Assembly: GCA_013239625.1 (NCBI GenBank)
Contig: MU054738.1
Location: forward strand, 7,721,855-7,785,854
Direction: 5' to 3'
DNA length: 64,000 bases
DNA from: Lama guanicoe
Lineage: Eukaryota
Positions 45,201 to 58,039 of the stretch are shown here, piece by piece (within the stretch, counting starts at the first letter, position 1; each line of letters opens with the position of its first letter). The translations under genes and the position numbers were made by a program. Below the pieces are notes generated by a model that saw nothing but the letters and a program-made list of their open reading frames with translations, did not search any database and had not been told where the DNA came from.

Positions 45201-46204
45201 CCTAAAAACACCGGGTGGTGGCAACTTGCGAGATTTAAGGGAGGGATCGGGTTTCTCTGGAGATCTTCAAAGCAGTTCAAAAGGGACAGAGAAGCCTCTG
45301 AATTCTCTTAAATACAGGTTTTCCAAGGTGTCAGGAGTGGAGGGCCATTTTACAGAAGGGGCGTGATCCGTAAGCTCCTGAACTTGGGTTCCTAGAGGGG
45401 TCTGTGTGGAACGTTCAAGGCTCAAGGTCGGCCACCGGAAGGCAGTGGGGTCTGTCTGATGCTCCCCCTTTCTCTTTAAAAACAAATGAAAACAGAAAAC
45501 GGAAGTCCGCGATGGGACCCCCGGCAAGGTGAGAAGCGACTTGTTTCTGCATCTTCGCTGGCTTGGTTTACACCTGAAGGAAGGGCGCTTGGTGTCTTTC
45601 CTGGTTTCTCCCCCTCCCTCCAGCCCCACTCACCCCTCAGTGCTGCTCCCAGGGGCAGCAGTGAAGTTTCTCCCCGGGAACTCCCGAGCTCCTCCCAGCG
45701 CTGCACTGGTGGGCTGAGTCGTAAGGACGGTAGGCGGACACTGACTCCTGGCCGGTGCGGCTGGAGCAGGGGCGGCAAGGCCTGCAGCGCTAAGGCTGCC
45801 CGGCCCGCACCTGACATGCAGCACCATCCCCAACCCAGAGTGCCTCTGTGAGACGTTCCACTGGGCCAGCAAGAAACGACCGGTGAGGTTTTGGCAAATC
45901 AGCACGGGAGCATCTGTTCTGCTTGGACAGTCCCTCTGAGCACGGCGGCTCTAGGAGTGAGGGGCTGTTTGTTGGGGGCACACGGGGTCCAGCTCCTGCT
46001 TTCAAGCTGAGCTGCCGTCATCCTTGGGACTCCGCTTTCTTCCACACAACCTGTAATATTTGCTGAAGGGGAAAATGTCTTCCATCTTCTTTAAAGCCAC
46101 ATCCAGGCCGCAGGCCCACGGGAGCCATAGGCAAGGTGATGGCGAGTTCCGTCTCCTCTCAGTGGTCCTTAATGTAAACTGGCTGGTAGAGTGTGTCCTG
46201 CTGT

Positions 46205-47062
46205 CTTTTTCTTTTCTTCCTGTTTCTTAAATTGAAGTACAGTCAGTTTACAATGTTGTGTCAATTTCTGGTGCACAGCATCATGTTTCAGTCATACGTG
46301 TACGTACATATATTCCTTTTCATTATAGGTTATTACAAGATAGTGAATATAGTTCCCCGTGCTGTACAGTAGAAACTTGTTGTTTACCTACTTTATATAT
46401 AGTAGTTAGTATCTGCAAATCCTGAACCCCCAGTGTGTCTCTCCCCCGTCTCCCTCCTCCCTGGTAACCATAAGTTTGTTTTCCATGTCTGTAAGTCTGC
46501 TTCTGTTTTGTAAATAAGTTCATTTGTGTCACTTTTTTTTTGATTCCGGATATAAGTGATCTCATGTGATACTGGTCTTTGTCTTGCATCNNNNNNNNNN
46601 NNNNNNNNNNNNNNNNNNNNNNNNNNNNNNNNNNNNNNNNNNNNNNNNNNNNNNNNNNNNNNNNNNNNNNNNNNNNNNNNNNNNNNNNNNNNNNNNNNNN
46701 NNNNNNNNNNNNNNNNNNNNNNNNNNNNNNNNNNNNNNNNNNNNNNNNNGTATGTAGTGCTGCTGTGAACAGTGGGCATGTCTCTTTTCAAATTAGAGTT
46801 CCCTCTGGATATGTGCCCAGGAGCGAGATTCCTGGGTCATATGNNNNNNNNNNNNNNNNNNNNNNNNNNNNNNNNNNNNNNNNNNNNNNNNNNNNNNNNN
46901 NNNNNNNNNNNNNNNNNNNNNNNNNNNNNNNNNNNNNNNNNNNNNNNNNNNNNNNNNNNNNNNNNNNNNNNNNNNNCTTTTGAATGACGGCCATTCTGGC
47001 TGCTGTGAGGTGATACCTCAGTGTAGCTGCGATCTGCGTTTCTCGGATAATTAGGGATGTTG
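46205..47062 (-). mobile_element. 5'-truncated L1 (ORF2 C-terminus + 3'UTR), antisense in CIDEA intron 1, interrupted by gaps 46591-46749 and 46844-46976
   Basis: Minus-strand peptides YDPGISLLGTYP and KDQYHMRSLI resemble the L1 ORF2 C-terminus; typical 3'UTR and T-rich tail. Confidence 0.9.
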
Positions 47063-50019
47063 CTGACTCTGTCCTTTATCAGCACATACCTGCATTTGCC
47101 AAGGCAGGGATTCATTCCATGTACACGTCTGTTTTTTAAGATCGATGCATGTGTGCAGTTATAAAACCTCGACCCCCGTCGTTTGCTTGTTCCTCGTCTA
47201 TGATCACGAGGCCTGGGTCCTAGTGGAAGCCGCCGAGGTCTCCCAGCTCAGCTCTAAACACCCAGGGCGTCCACGTGGCGCGTGTCTCGCAGCCGAAGGC
47301 TACTCTGACTTCGTGTCCTGCCGCCCCTGCGGCTGTCACAGAGCTGCTCTGTTACATTTGGTGCAAAGAGGCTGATTTTGCAGCTCGTTAGCTCCTCTGT
47401 CCTCTCCTTGAAGGAGGAGCTCTGGGATTTGTATACCTGGCCTTTCAGCACACGTTTTACCAGCCTTGTTAAGTGATGCAAGCAAGGAACTGTGTTTTCT
47501 GAGTAAATCGCCCAGGTTCTTGATGCTTACACCTTCGTGGTCTAAACTCTTGTTTTAGTAACAAAGTGTTTAAAGGCTTCATGTTCCTACTTGAACACTC
47601 TTTCTGCGCCAGGCATTTTGCTGGGTCAGTCAAGGCACAGCCGCAAGCTGTCACAGGCCGACAGGCTGCTCCCCGTGGGGCTGACACGCCCCCTGTGTCA
47701 CCTCTCCCGGGCCGGGCGCTGCTGAGCCCGAACCTCACTAAGCCAGAGCCCCTCTGCTTCCCGCCCTGGGTGAGACCCTGCCACTCCTGCCTCTGTCCCC
47801 ACAGCCACTATCCCACGGTCTCGGAGGCCCTGCCAGGCCGGATGAGTGCTCTCTGAGCCCTGCCCCATCTCTCTGCACGCCTGTGGCTGGGGTCACCGTT
47901 TCCCTTTCCTGCACTGTCCTTGTCACCGGCTCTGGCACAGTCCTCTGGGACATATGTCCTCCACCTGTCTGCCCTTTAATTCTTCGTATGAACCCTCCTG
48001 TCCACCTGACGACACAGGCCCTTTGCCCAAGCCTGCCTTTCCATCCAGACGTCCAGAGGAAACGTCAGTCCAGAGGGTGACGTGGAAAGATGACCTGTGG
48101 GGCCAGCTCCATCTCCCTGGGCGGGCTCAAGGCCACTGTCGGCCCACACCTGCACCTTGATTTCACACTTATGAGTTGAATCTCCTCACCCCCTCGGGGA
48201 ACAACGCAGAGGCTTCCCTGTTCCCTCACTTCTGGGAGGTGCACCGCCTCACAATTTTCAAGAATGTTCTATCAAGTCTGACTTCCCTTATCTTGATTTC
48301 CCTGAAACAATCTGTTTCCTTGTTTTTTTCCGTGTAATGAGATGTTTCTCTTCCCACTCCAAGTGACGGCACTGACGGTCACCAAGGTGATGTGTATCTA
48401 AAAGCCAAACTCTAAGACTTCTCGGTGCTCTGGGGTCAACTTCGATGTCGTGAGTCACTGAAGGAGACTAGGAACACACTCCCAACCTTGTTTTGGTGGC
48501 TGGTGACATGACTACCGTGTTCAGGAGTGCGCCGGATTAATCTGTGCTTGGTTCATTTAGCAGGAGCGCAGTGAGTACGCGGGATGTATTAAGTAGTTTA
48601 GTGTGCCTAAAACTTCATTTAGCCCCTTTTTATATTATCTTCAAGATGGTCTTGATCTTATATGATCCGGCACGTCAGGTCACTCGTCCTGTTCCCTGAA
48701 AAGAAGGGCAGAGCGTAGTGCCCACATCTGCAGGGGTCACCAGCCTTCTCCCCAGCAGTGGCCCGGCTCTCCGCGGGGAAGCGCAGCGGTAGGAGGAACG
48801 ACAGACCGGATGTCCTTCTTTATCAGCAGGGCTGTCTCCAGGGCAGCGGAGAGGGAGGACCAGGAGTGACTGCCAGCACAAACCGGGTCAGACGTTAGCA
48901 ACAGTGGGCGCTTAGTGACGGGCGGGCCAGGTCACCGGGGCACCGGTGCTCACCGAGGCATGAGTGTCCCCAGCCAGGACCAGACCGAACTGGGTCAAAG
49001 CTGTTCACACCCACAGTCTGTCATGGACCACCAGGGCCAGGGCCTAGGGTCCAAGACGTGAACTTTGTCCTGTTGCTCTGGGTAAGCCATAGCCTGTGTC
49101 TACTCAAGGAGGTAAAGACTGGACACGCAGGAATGACCTGCTCTGGGGAGGGGAAGGCTCTTGCTGGCGGGTCCAGGGCTCCCCGGCCCCAGAGGAGGGC
49201 CACTCTGACGCTGGCCACCGCTCCGCAGCCTGAGCCTCTGTGGGACCCAGTATGCATTCTCACCCTGTTCTTATCGGGTCCTCCTCACAGCCAGCTCAAG
49301 TTTCAGATGCTGCAGTGAGGTGGAGAGCAAAGCCAGGTTCTAACTGCGAAGGCTCATGTGGAGAATCCTTGATGCCCCGTCTGCCAGGTCACCAGGGAAG
49401 GGACCGAGCGTCGGCTTAGCAGAACGTGGGCGCCGGCTCATCGTGTTGTGTAACTGGGGAGGCTGGTATAACCAGGGCAGAGGTGCGGGGGCCAGGGGCC
49501 AGGTTTGCTGCTGCGTGGGTTCAGGCTGGGACTTACTCGGTCGGGCTCCCTGGCTCTGGTGGGTCCCGCGTCAGAGACCACCGACCGGCTCAGTCCCCTG
49601 CAGCTGCCCCACTGGAAACAGGCTGGGTGGTAGCCCTGGAGAGGAGCCAGGTTGAGTGGGGACTGCTGTCCCTCCAGCCAGTGCCCCCTCACCGCCTCCA
49701 GCTGCAGCTTGTCGCCTGGGCTGTGAAGTTCAGAGATAGTTCTGATTAACCAGGTGACATTGAGAAACCACTCTGAGCCTCACTTTCTCATCTGAGACTT
49801 GGGGTCACACTTCCATGTACGCCTGAGTTGGAGTCAGCTGATGCCGTGAGGAGCCGACACGTCACGGCCAGGGCAGCTGCTCAGATGCCCCCGTCACCAG
49901 GCACTAACGTGACGCCCGCTGGATGTGCTTCAGACCAAATTCTTGCTGACGCTGTAGGTAAAAGTGTACTGGTACCAACTCCAAACGGTAAGGCTGGGGC
50001 GGGGGCCTTTCCCCCGCCC

Positions 50020-50180
50020 CAGCCTTCCTCAGATGCCAGCAGGGTGTCCGTCCAAGAACTCAGCTCAATTCGGACACCATCTGCCCAGAGACAGCATCAG
50101 ATTAAGGACTCAGCCCCACCAGACTGTCCCCTCCCCACCCACTGCACCTCAGACACCAGTCCCAAGTCCAGGTTGGTGCC
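50020..50180. mobile_element. MER21-like LTR fragment
   Basis: gggtgtcc..caattcggacaccatctgcccagagacagcatcaga..ggactcagccccaccagactg..ctcagacaccagtcccaagtccaggttg. Confidence 0.7.
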
Positions 50181-50232
50181 TTTGTTCATAAGGAATTCCA
50201 GTCTGATTGGGAAAATGAAGCGTAGATAACTC

Positions 50233-50342
50233 TGTGTGTGGGGGGTGTGTGTGTAATATGTGTATATATACACATGCGTGTGTGTGGGTGTGCCTAGTGT
50301 GCACACACACTAAGTATATACACGTGTGTGACACGCATGTAA
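50233..50342. repeat. Alternating purine-pyrimidine (TG/CA/TA) low-complexity tract
   Basis: Read directly. Confidence 0.8.
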
Positions 50343-50399
50343 GTATCCTTAGTGTGTGGCCCCCAGACCACGCTGAAGAGGCAAAGACCACGTGCCTGC

Positions 50400-50520
50400 G
50401 CCGAACCCTGGCTCTGAGCCCTGGGGCTGCTCTCTCGTCTGTGTCTCCTTGTCTGCAAATTGAGGAAACCAGGGTTTTCTGAGGATTGAGTGAGGTGATA
50501 TTTGTAAGGCAGAATATGTT
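50400..50520. mobile_element. MIR SINE remnant
   Basis: tctccttgtctgcaaattgagg..agggttttctgaggattgagtgaggtgatatttgtaaggc. Confidence 0.6.
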
Positions 50521-51303
50521 TGCTAAGTCACTGTGGACGTAAGGAGCTTCTTGGCTGTTTCTCGTTTGGCCCTCATTTACTGCTTCTCCCTGGTTGCGAG
50601 GTAACAAACACTTCCCGGTGTGAGATTTTTCCCTCAGAAAGTCAAGTCTTGACTTGGCTTCGCTGTCATGGCTCTTTTCCTGTGTTAGTTCTCTTTTATG
50701 GTGAGTTTCTGAGTTGCTTCTCTGATAAACGCGGAACTCACTCCAAAGTGCCAAGTGACTGAGCGCTTGTTCTCGCAGCGTCCGTGGTGGCGATGTTCGG
50801 CTGTTCCTTGCGTATCCTGAGCTCCCAAAGCGGGCTGACGCTCTAGTGCCAGTGTCTGGCGTTTACAGTCCCGTCTTAGCCTTTCTGTGCACGTGTAACT
50901 ATGTGTGTCTGTGCCTGTTTCTGTATCTCTGTTCAGCTACCCCACGGCCTCAAGAAATCTTCTTAGGTTTCCAGCCCTAAAGCCCACGTTTGCAGAATAC
51001 AGCTCTCATCAGCTTATTGACTTTGATGCCCGGACCATTCCTTCTCAAATGGTCACTGCAAGGACGTCGAGTGTTCTGGTGAAACAGGTGCAGTAGTGGT
51101 TGTGCTTTAAATTTTCTGTGTAATTCGTCTGTTTCTTGGAGATCACGTACATGGTTTTTAACAGTCCTCAGCCACTGGATTTCTTTCTTTTAGGTGCAAA
51201 CATGAACGTTCTGTCATTTATGTGCCCCTCAAACCTCTCCTTGAAAACTTTTTTTTTCTTTAAGGAACGTCAAAGATGTTTTACCCCTCTGCTCCGTTTC
51301 CAG

Positions 51304-51448
51304 GCCCCTGACATTCATGGGGTCGCAGACGAAGAAGGTCCTGCTGGCTCCCCTGAAGCATCCCGCTCGCCCCTTCCGGGTGTCCAGCCACGACCGCAGC
51401 AGCCGGCGCGGGCTGATGGCAGGCAGCCTGGGCGAGCTCCTCAGCAAG
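51304..51448 (+). CDS. CIDEA: CIDEA exon 2 (PLTFMGSQTKKVLLAPLKHPARPFRVSSHDRSSRRGLMAGSLGELLSK)
   Basis: Acceptor ctccgtttccag|, donor AAG|gtagcg. Confidence 0.96.
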
Positions 51449-52881
51449 GTAGCGCCCGCGGCGCGGCCCGCGGCTCCCTGGGCCCCGGGGACAAGCCGGT
51501 GCAGGAAGTGTCTGTCTTGGTTTCAGAAGGTTGGAGGGAGCTCTTCTTTGCTTTTAAGTATTTGGGTTGAAATATTTATTTTTGATAGATGGGGTATCAA
51601 TATCAAAACCCCAAACCGCAAAAATTTAGGAAAATCTGTGAGAAAATTAAACATATATCGTAACGTCATTTTAAAATTTTCATTCGGTCAAAAAGTGATT
51701 GAATACCTAGCACACAGAGAGTGTTTATTTTGTAACGTGTACATACAGCATTTATAGTTGTAATTATTATTGAAAAATAGACAAACGGGTTGGAGGTGCC
51801 TTCTAAGGGGCTAAAGGGAAGGTGTAAAGAATCAAAGTGAACAGTGCTGTGTCCCTGTGTCGTACAAGATTCACGTATTGAGACCAAAACCTAACGTAGC
51901 TTCATTTCCTTGATGAGGGAGAGTACTAGGGGCGGCAGACTTCAGAAATCTGGTTTTGGTTATAAAGATGAGGAAAGAAGAGTCCTTCGTCTGAAAGTGT
52001 CCTTGGGCACCAAGCAGGGACGAACCATCGGCTCCCACAGAGACCAGAAGTGAGTGCCCGGCACGCAGTCTCTGAACAGAGACCTTTAAGCACGCCACCC
52101 GACATGTGGGCTCTTTAAGTCCCACGTGTACAGGGGCGTTTTCTGTTTGTCCAGATAAGCAGGTAATTTTCAAACCTGTGACTGTTATCCCGTGTCATCA
52201 CTTAGCCTCTGAGGAACACACGTCTGTGACGGTTTTCAGCTTCTTTTTCCAAGCAGAGTCTGAGTCCCAGGACATTGTGCCATTAAAATGTTCTCAGAAT
52301 CAGCCAACACTTCTGAAACCATCACTTAGTCAGTCAGGCCTCTTGACTGGTCCCAGTGGAGTCTCCCTTCACTCTGTGACTCCGCCTGGTCCAACCTAGA
52401 CCCTGGACGCCCTGATGATCACCAGCAGACTGGTCACTCTGGTGCTGGAGGAAGACGGCACAGTGGTGGACACAGAGGAGTTCTTCCAGACGCTGGGGGA
52501 CAACACGCACTTCATGGCCTTGGAGAAAGGACAGAAGTGGACGCCGGTAAGTGCTGTCACCCGACAGCTCCTGGGCAGGCTTCTCACCTGCAGACGTGCG
52601 GTCCCCACCTCGGTGTCAACCGGCCGGCTTTCTAAACTTTTCCTTTGTGTTCACTTCATAACTGGACCCACTGTCCTCAAAGGGAGTCTTTTAAGCTTTT
52701 CTAGGAAACCTAGCATCTTTGTGAACTTGGGCTATATGATTTAAGGCCAGTAATTCTGAGGGACAGGCTTTGGCCAGTGAGTAACTACAGATCCTTAGAA
52801 CATGCGGTCATGACCCGGTGACCACTCACTGTGACCCCGAGAGGCGGCAAGCTAACATAGCTGGTGAAATTAGCAGGGGAA

Positions 52882-52914
<33 letters not shown>

Positions 52915-55900
52915 AGTATTTAGAAAAGCAAGAGATAGAATAAAGGGTTTTACTTCTGACAAAACGTTAGATTATGTATCTTGGGAAACACTCCCACCAT
53001 AACACACCTAAAAATGTAAAGCAAAACATTAAAACATCTTGTTTTTTTTTTTAATGGAGAGACTGGGGATTGAACCCAGGACCTCATACATGCTAAGCAT
53101 GTGCTCTACCCCTGAGCTATTACCCTCCTCCCCTAAAACATGTTTTTATGTGCCTCACTGGCCTTCAAAACCAGGAGATCCTCAGCGGCCAAGGTTTTTA
53201 AGGGAACCAGAATCCAGAGAGGAAAGCGAACGCTGAGGCGGGGGCTCCCCCGGCCCAGGGCCACAGGGCTCCGGCTCTGCCCTCACAGACTCTCGTGGAG
53301 GAAGTGTCAGTGGAGGTTCCCTCGCTGGGTTCCCGGCACCCAGCCAGCCCCGCCCTCCAGCCGCAGGGACCATGGCCTCCCCCCAGAACCTGGGGACGCG
53401 CTACTTTACATGGCAAAGGGGACTCGGCAGATGTGATTACGGGAAGGATCTCGACATGGGGTGATGGTCCTGGATTATCCGTGGGCCAGTGTCACCACAG
53501 CGTCCTGTAAGAGGGACATGGGAGGGTCAGCGTGGGGGCAGGAGGCGGACGAGGAGGAGTGATGAGGGGACGGGCCACGGGCCACGGCATGCAGGAGCAG
53601 GGCCGGCAGTCCCAGCAGGACAGCCCGTGGTGTCTCAGGGTGCCTGACCTGCAGAACCGAGCCGTCTGAGCATAAATCTGCGCTGTCTTTAAGGCACTCA
53701 GCTGGTGGCCACGTGTCTCAGCAGACCCAGGAAACTGGTGGGGCTGGTATTTTGTTTGCTTTGTGAATGAGACGCTCGTTTACTCCCTGGGGGAGACAGT
53801 TCCCGCATAACAGGTTGAAGCCCTCGCGTGGCAGGTGCAGGGCTGGGGCACAGGGTGACGGCAGGATGCTGGGGACGAGATGTGAGGGTCCCGGGGGCGT
53901 GAGGCCCCTCGGTCTGGGACAGCCTGGCTGACGTGAGTCTCACCCAGGGTCGGTCCTTCAGGGTGGGGACGGGCTCCTCGCAGGGAGGGAAGGTGCTGCC
54001 CCCCGGGAGGGGTTCCTCTCAGCGAGGCCACTGTGGTTTGACCTGGACGAGGACTTCTGAGAAGCAGCCGCCAGGGGGCTCCCTGCTTCCACGCAAACGC
54101 CTTAGAGAACAGATCCCTGGGAGGCAGGGGTGGGGTTTGGTGGGGATGATGGAAGCCACACCCCATTAGGTCTCCACCTTGGGGAGGTCATCTTGACGTT
54201 GACGTAAGACCAAGACTTGAGGGGGAGGCTGGGGGAGCGACGTGAAAACTCAGCGTCAGAGAGCTGGGCGGGATCCCAGATGGAGCCCCCGCACCCCAAC
54301 TCTGTCGTCTTAACTTTTAACATTTTCTGAAGGATGGGCAGCCCCCTCCCCTCCCCATCGCGCATGGGAGTTGATGGGCTGAAACCAGGGTCTCTGGTCG
54401 TGTCCACGGAGGGGGGTACCTGGCAGGGAGGGTTTGGGTGCTTTGAGGGGGATGTGCGGTTTAACTTCAAATTTAGTAGATTTTTGCCAGTGAATTTAAC
54501 GTTCAGCTACTCCCGACTCCTAAGGTTCACGATAGCCGTGCCTCCGTGTGAATCCTGGACGCTGCAGGCCTGCGTGCGCGGCAAACCCCACGGACGTGTG
54601 CCCAGCACATGTGTCCTGGGACGGCTTTCTCTGCCCTGTTTCTTCAGGGCTTTTGTGGGGAAGATTGTTTATAAACCCAGGATTTACAGGGGTCTCTGCC
54701 CTCTCCCGATGTCTCGGGTAGACGGAGAGTGGGTCCCACGAGTGTCCCCAGGAAGTTGGCGTCCCTCCAGGGCAGGTCCTCCAGCGGAGGATGCAGGGCA
54801 GCTCCCACACTGGCCTTCGCTCCCGCCGAGGGGTCTGACCTGCCCGCTGGCAGAGTCCCTGTGCCGCGGGACAGCGCTGACCACCGGTCTCCAGGCAGAT
54901 GGTGTCACAGCTGCGGGCGGCCCGTCCACGTCCGCCAGATGGCCCTGGGTGACCCTGGTGAGTGCGTCTCCACCACAGGTCACTGGCACAACCGTCCACC
55001 GATCCCTGCACCCTGAAACCCAGGCCCAAGGCCAGGTCTCCTGCATCTCCTGCATGAGACAAGGCAGCTTAGGGGGTTGGCCCCACGGCAGTCTGAGCAC
55101 ACTGGTCTGTGACATTCCTCAGATAATTAGCGGCTTAGTCATGAACTGATTTTAAGCTGACAGGAGAGTGGAGACCAGCCTAAACCCAGAATCACAGGGT
55201 TCGCAGGTCACAGCTGGGTTGGTGCCTAAGCCTCCCTCCCTCCACGGCCCTAGGGTGGGAACTGTGTCCCAGCCCGCCAGCCGCCGAGGAGATCGGGGAT
55301 AGTGAGGGTCACCTTGGACTTGTACAAGCTGAACCCCAGGGACGTCATCGGCTGCCTCAACGTGAAAGCCACCATGTACGGGATGTACTCCGTGTCCTAC
55401 GACATCCGGTGCATGGGGCTCAAGGCCCTGCTGAGGTAACGGTCGTCGGGTCCTGGGGGGCCGGGAAGTGGGGGGCGGCTCCCCTGCACCCAGAGCCCGG
55501 CCCTCACGTTGTCCTAAAAGTTCTTATGCCACAGACTTATTCGGAAGACAGTCTTGAGTTCACAATTTGTTTTCCCCCAAGACCATAAAATACTAAATAG
55601 AAAGAAAAACTAGTAAGTAGAGAGTGAGGACCCGAGTTCGAGCCACGGTTTCCGTCTGGAACAGCAGAGGCCGCATCAGCCCTGGGACTGAGACGCCACA
55701 ACGGGGTCAAGCCGGGGTGTCGCACCCGCGCTCAGAGCCCCGGGTCGTGGGGTCACGACCGCAGGACTGCTAGGACTCCTTCAGCCTGGGGCCCCTTTCA
55801 GGCTGGACTTGACCGATTTCGGCACCGAACCCCACATATCGACAAGGCTGCCAGAGTGAGCAGACAGACCCCCGGGCGTTCCAGTGACTCAGGGACAAAC

Positions 55901-56276
55901 CTCGACTGGAGGAGGCCAGCGGAGGGTGGTCCCAGGCCCGGGGCAGCGGGAGCAGCTGGCAACAGAGTCCAGGCCCCACTCAACCCCGGGAACCAGCGCA
56001 GCACCTCAGTGAGCCCCCGGGGCTGCGGGTCCTGAGAGCCCAGCTTCCCGAACTCGGAAGTACGGGGACGTGGGCATGTGCTGGAGGTGGGGTGAGGACC
56101 CCCGACGACCCTCGCCCCTCTCTTGCAGGAGCCTGCTGCGGGTCCTGTCTCACGCCGCCCAGGTGACTGGCCAGTTTCTTGTCTATGCGGGCACATACAT
56201 GCTCCAGGTGCTGGCCAACACGGAAGAGCAGGTGGTGGCTGGCTCGCGCTGTAGGCAGGGGGTCACAAGCGGATAG
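51304..56276 (+). CDS. CIDEA: Lipid transferase CIDEA (cell death-inducing DFFA-like effector A), 5'-partial CDS join(<51304..51448,52400..52546,55254..55435,56129..56276)
   Basis: 145+147+182+148=622 nt, GT-AG, in frame; adding a 38-nt exon 1 gives 219 aa. CIDE-N domain (RPFRV..DRSSRRG..LVLEEDGTVVDTEEFF..LEKGQKW) and CIDE-C domain (DLYKLNP.D.IGCLNVKATMY.MYSVSYDIRC). Confidence 0.97.
52400..52546 (+). CDS. CIDEA: CIDEA exon 3 (TLDALMITSRLVTLVLEEDGTVVDTEEFFQTLGDNTHFMALEKGQKWTP)
   Basis: Acceptor ccaacctag|, donor CCG|gtaagt; EDGT CIDE-N signature. Confidence 0.96.
52882..52909. repeat. (TG)14 microsatellite in CIDEA intron 3
   Basis: Perfect dinucleotide run. Confidence 0.95.
53041..53133 (-). 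mobile_element. tRNA-derived SINE (Vic-1-like), short form
   Basis: Reverse strand ...atagctcaggggtagagcacatgcttagcatgtatgaggtcctgggttcaatcccc + A tail; TSD taaaacat at 53030-53037 and 53134-53141. Confidence 0.85.
53370..53738. mobile_element. MaLR LTR (MLT1B/D-like)
   Basis: tttacatggcaaaggggactcggcagatgtgatta..cctggattatcc..gacctgcagaac..ataaatctgcgctgtctttaaggcact..cagcagacccaggaaact. Confidence 0.75.
55254..55435 (+). CDS. CIDEA: CIDEA exon 4 (GGNCVPARQPPRRSGIVRVTLDLYKLNPRDVIGCLNVKATMYGMYSVSYDIRCMGLKALLR)
   Basis: Acceptor cggccctag|, donor AG|gtaacg; CIDE-C domain; absent from the ORF track. Confidence 0.95.
56129..56276 (+). CDS. CIDEA: CIDEA exon 5, coding part (SLLRVLSHAAQVTGQFLVYAGTYMLQVLANTEEQVVAGSRCRQGVTSG*)
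   Basis: Acceptor ctctcttgcag|; TAG at 56274-56276; amphipathic-helix region of CIDE-C. Confidence 0.96.
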
Positions 56277-56476
56277 GGCAGCCCAGCCAGGGGCTTGGCC
56301 AGCCCTTACCCAACCCATCCGTCTCCAGTGACGAACCCAGAAGACACCGTGTTCACACCACTGCACGTGTGGGCTGCGGGCACTGCTGCTCAGGAAGCAA
56401 AGGGCCTTGGCCGCACCTGGATGCGGGGAGGGGCAGGCGGGGGCGGGGCACGGCCTTGCGGCTGCTGGCCTCCAGC

Positions 56477-56482
56477 AATAAA
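56477..56482 (+). terminator. CIDEA: CIDEA polyadenylation signal AATAAA
   Basis: First AATAAA, about 200 nt after the stop. Confidence 0.75.
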
Positions 56483-58039
56483 CCAGTGGCAAGAGTTACC
56501 TGATCCAGAATGCCTGGCGGGCGGGAGTCCCGTACCGTGGGGCGGGACCCCAGGCTGCGAATGATGCCGGGAGGGCGCGGGGCTGTGGGCAGGCGCCGTG
56601 GGACTGGGACCCATCTCTCGGTCCTGCTCCCCTCTGAGAGGCACTGTCTTCGGGGAGGCCTCCTCCCCAAGAAGCAGATGTCAGCCCAGCCCCAGCGGGA
56701 AGTCCCGGGGCTGCGGATGCCCCATGGTGCCCACACAAAGTAACGGTGGCCACAAGACGGGCAGGGAGAGTAAGCACCAACCATGCGGCCTGGGTGGAGG
56801 CAGCTCCCCACAAGGAAATGGGGATGCTGACGCTAGACTAGGGGCACAATGTGTGCTTTTCCTAGAAAGAGACACTGCCCAGGAGGCCTGCCGCTTCCTG
56901 CTGCATCCGGGCCAACAGCGCAGGACACGGGAAGACCCCTCAGGTGGTCCCAGAAGCCCAAAGCGCCTGCGTGGTTCCTGCCTCTGCAGTCATTAGTCCC
57001 CGGGCCCTGCTCATCCTATCCTGCCCATGACCGACCACAGCCCGGGGCCCCTTCTGGCCTGACCCCCACTCTGCCCTTCAACGGGGAGCTGCGGGGCGGG
57101 AGCCGAGGCCACAGGCAGGAGGGCAAAAGCAGAGGGTTTGCAGCCACAGCCCCCAGAACACAGCCTCTCCTGCAAACACAGCAAAACAGGCATCGGAGAA
57201 TGCCCCCTCGCCCGCCTCTCTGCTCTGCGGGAGGTTCACAGAGCCGGGTGACGGCAGCCCCGCAGGGGCCTCCTGTGTAAACGTTTCCCATACAAGGAGC
57301 TGCTCCCGGGCGGGCCAGGGAGGGGGCGGAGGGAGAGCCCGGCTGCCCGCGGCAGGCGAGGCGGCTTCCCGGCACCTTTCTCTCGCTGACCGTGGGCTGC
57401 GTCACTTCCCAGGGACTCGGGAGTCCTGGAAAGTGACTGCCTGGCTTCCAAAAAAGGCATTTTCACCGAAGTGCTGGAGCCCGTGGACTCAGCTGCAGCC
57501 CTGACTCAGCGCGTTGTCTGCCTACCAGACCCTGCTCACCAGGAGCTGGTCCCCAGAGGGTCCGCTCGGTGCCTGCGCCCCTTTCCAGGGCCCAGGGTCT
57601 CTCTGTGTTGCCCTCGGTGGGCTATTTACTGATCTCTAGAATCACAGTTCTGAAAAAAGGGGGCCGTCCCTGTAGCTCGGTGTCTGTGCCCCCACGTCTG
57701 TGGGCACCCCCATGCTTCTTACCCCAGCAGAGGTGCACACAAGGTGGCCCCACACCCCTTGTCCACCGCGGACTCAGGGGACAGGCCTGGCGCAAACTAG
57801 GGGCCTTGGGTTGAAATATGTTCACAGCTATTACTTCCCGGCCAAAGACACAGACTCAGACTGTTAAAACCGCCCGGCTGGGGACAGCCTCCTGTCCTTC
57901 AGCTGTGAAACGGGGACTGAAACGGGCTGGCCCAGGAATTCAGAATTCCAGTCCCAGACGTCTGCTGCCCGGCTGCCCCAGGCCCATGTCAAGGGCATCT
58001 CTGAAGGCTTTGCTGGATAAGGATCCTCAAAGGAGAGAG

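Noticed and set aside
54334-55149. 271-aa ORF in CIDEA intron 3
   Set aside because: No domain or codon-bias signal, overlapping ORFs on both strands; chance ORF in GC-rich DNA.
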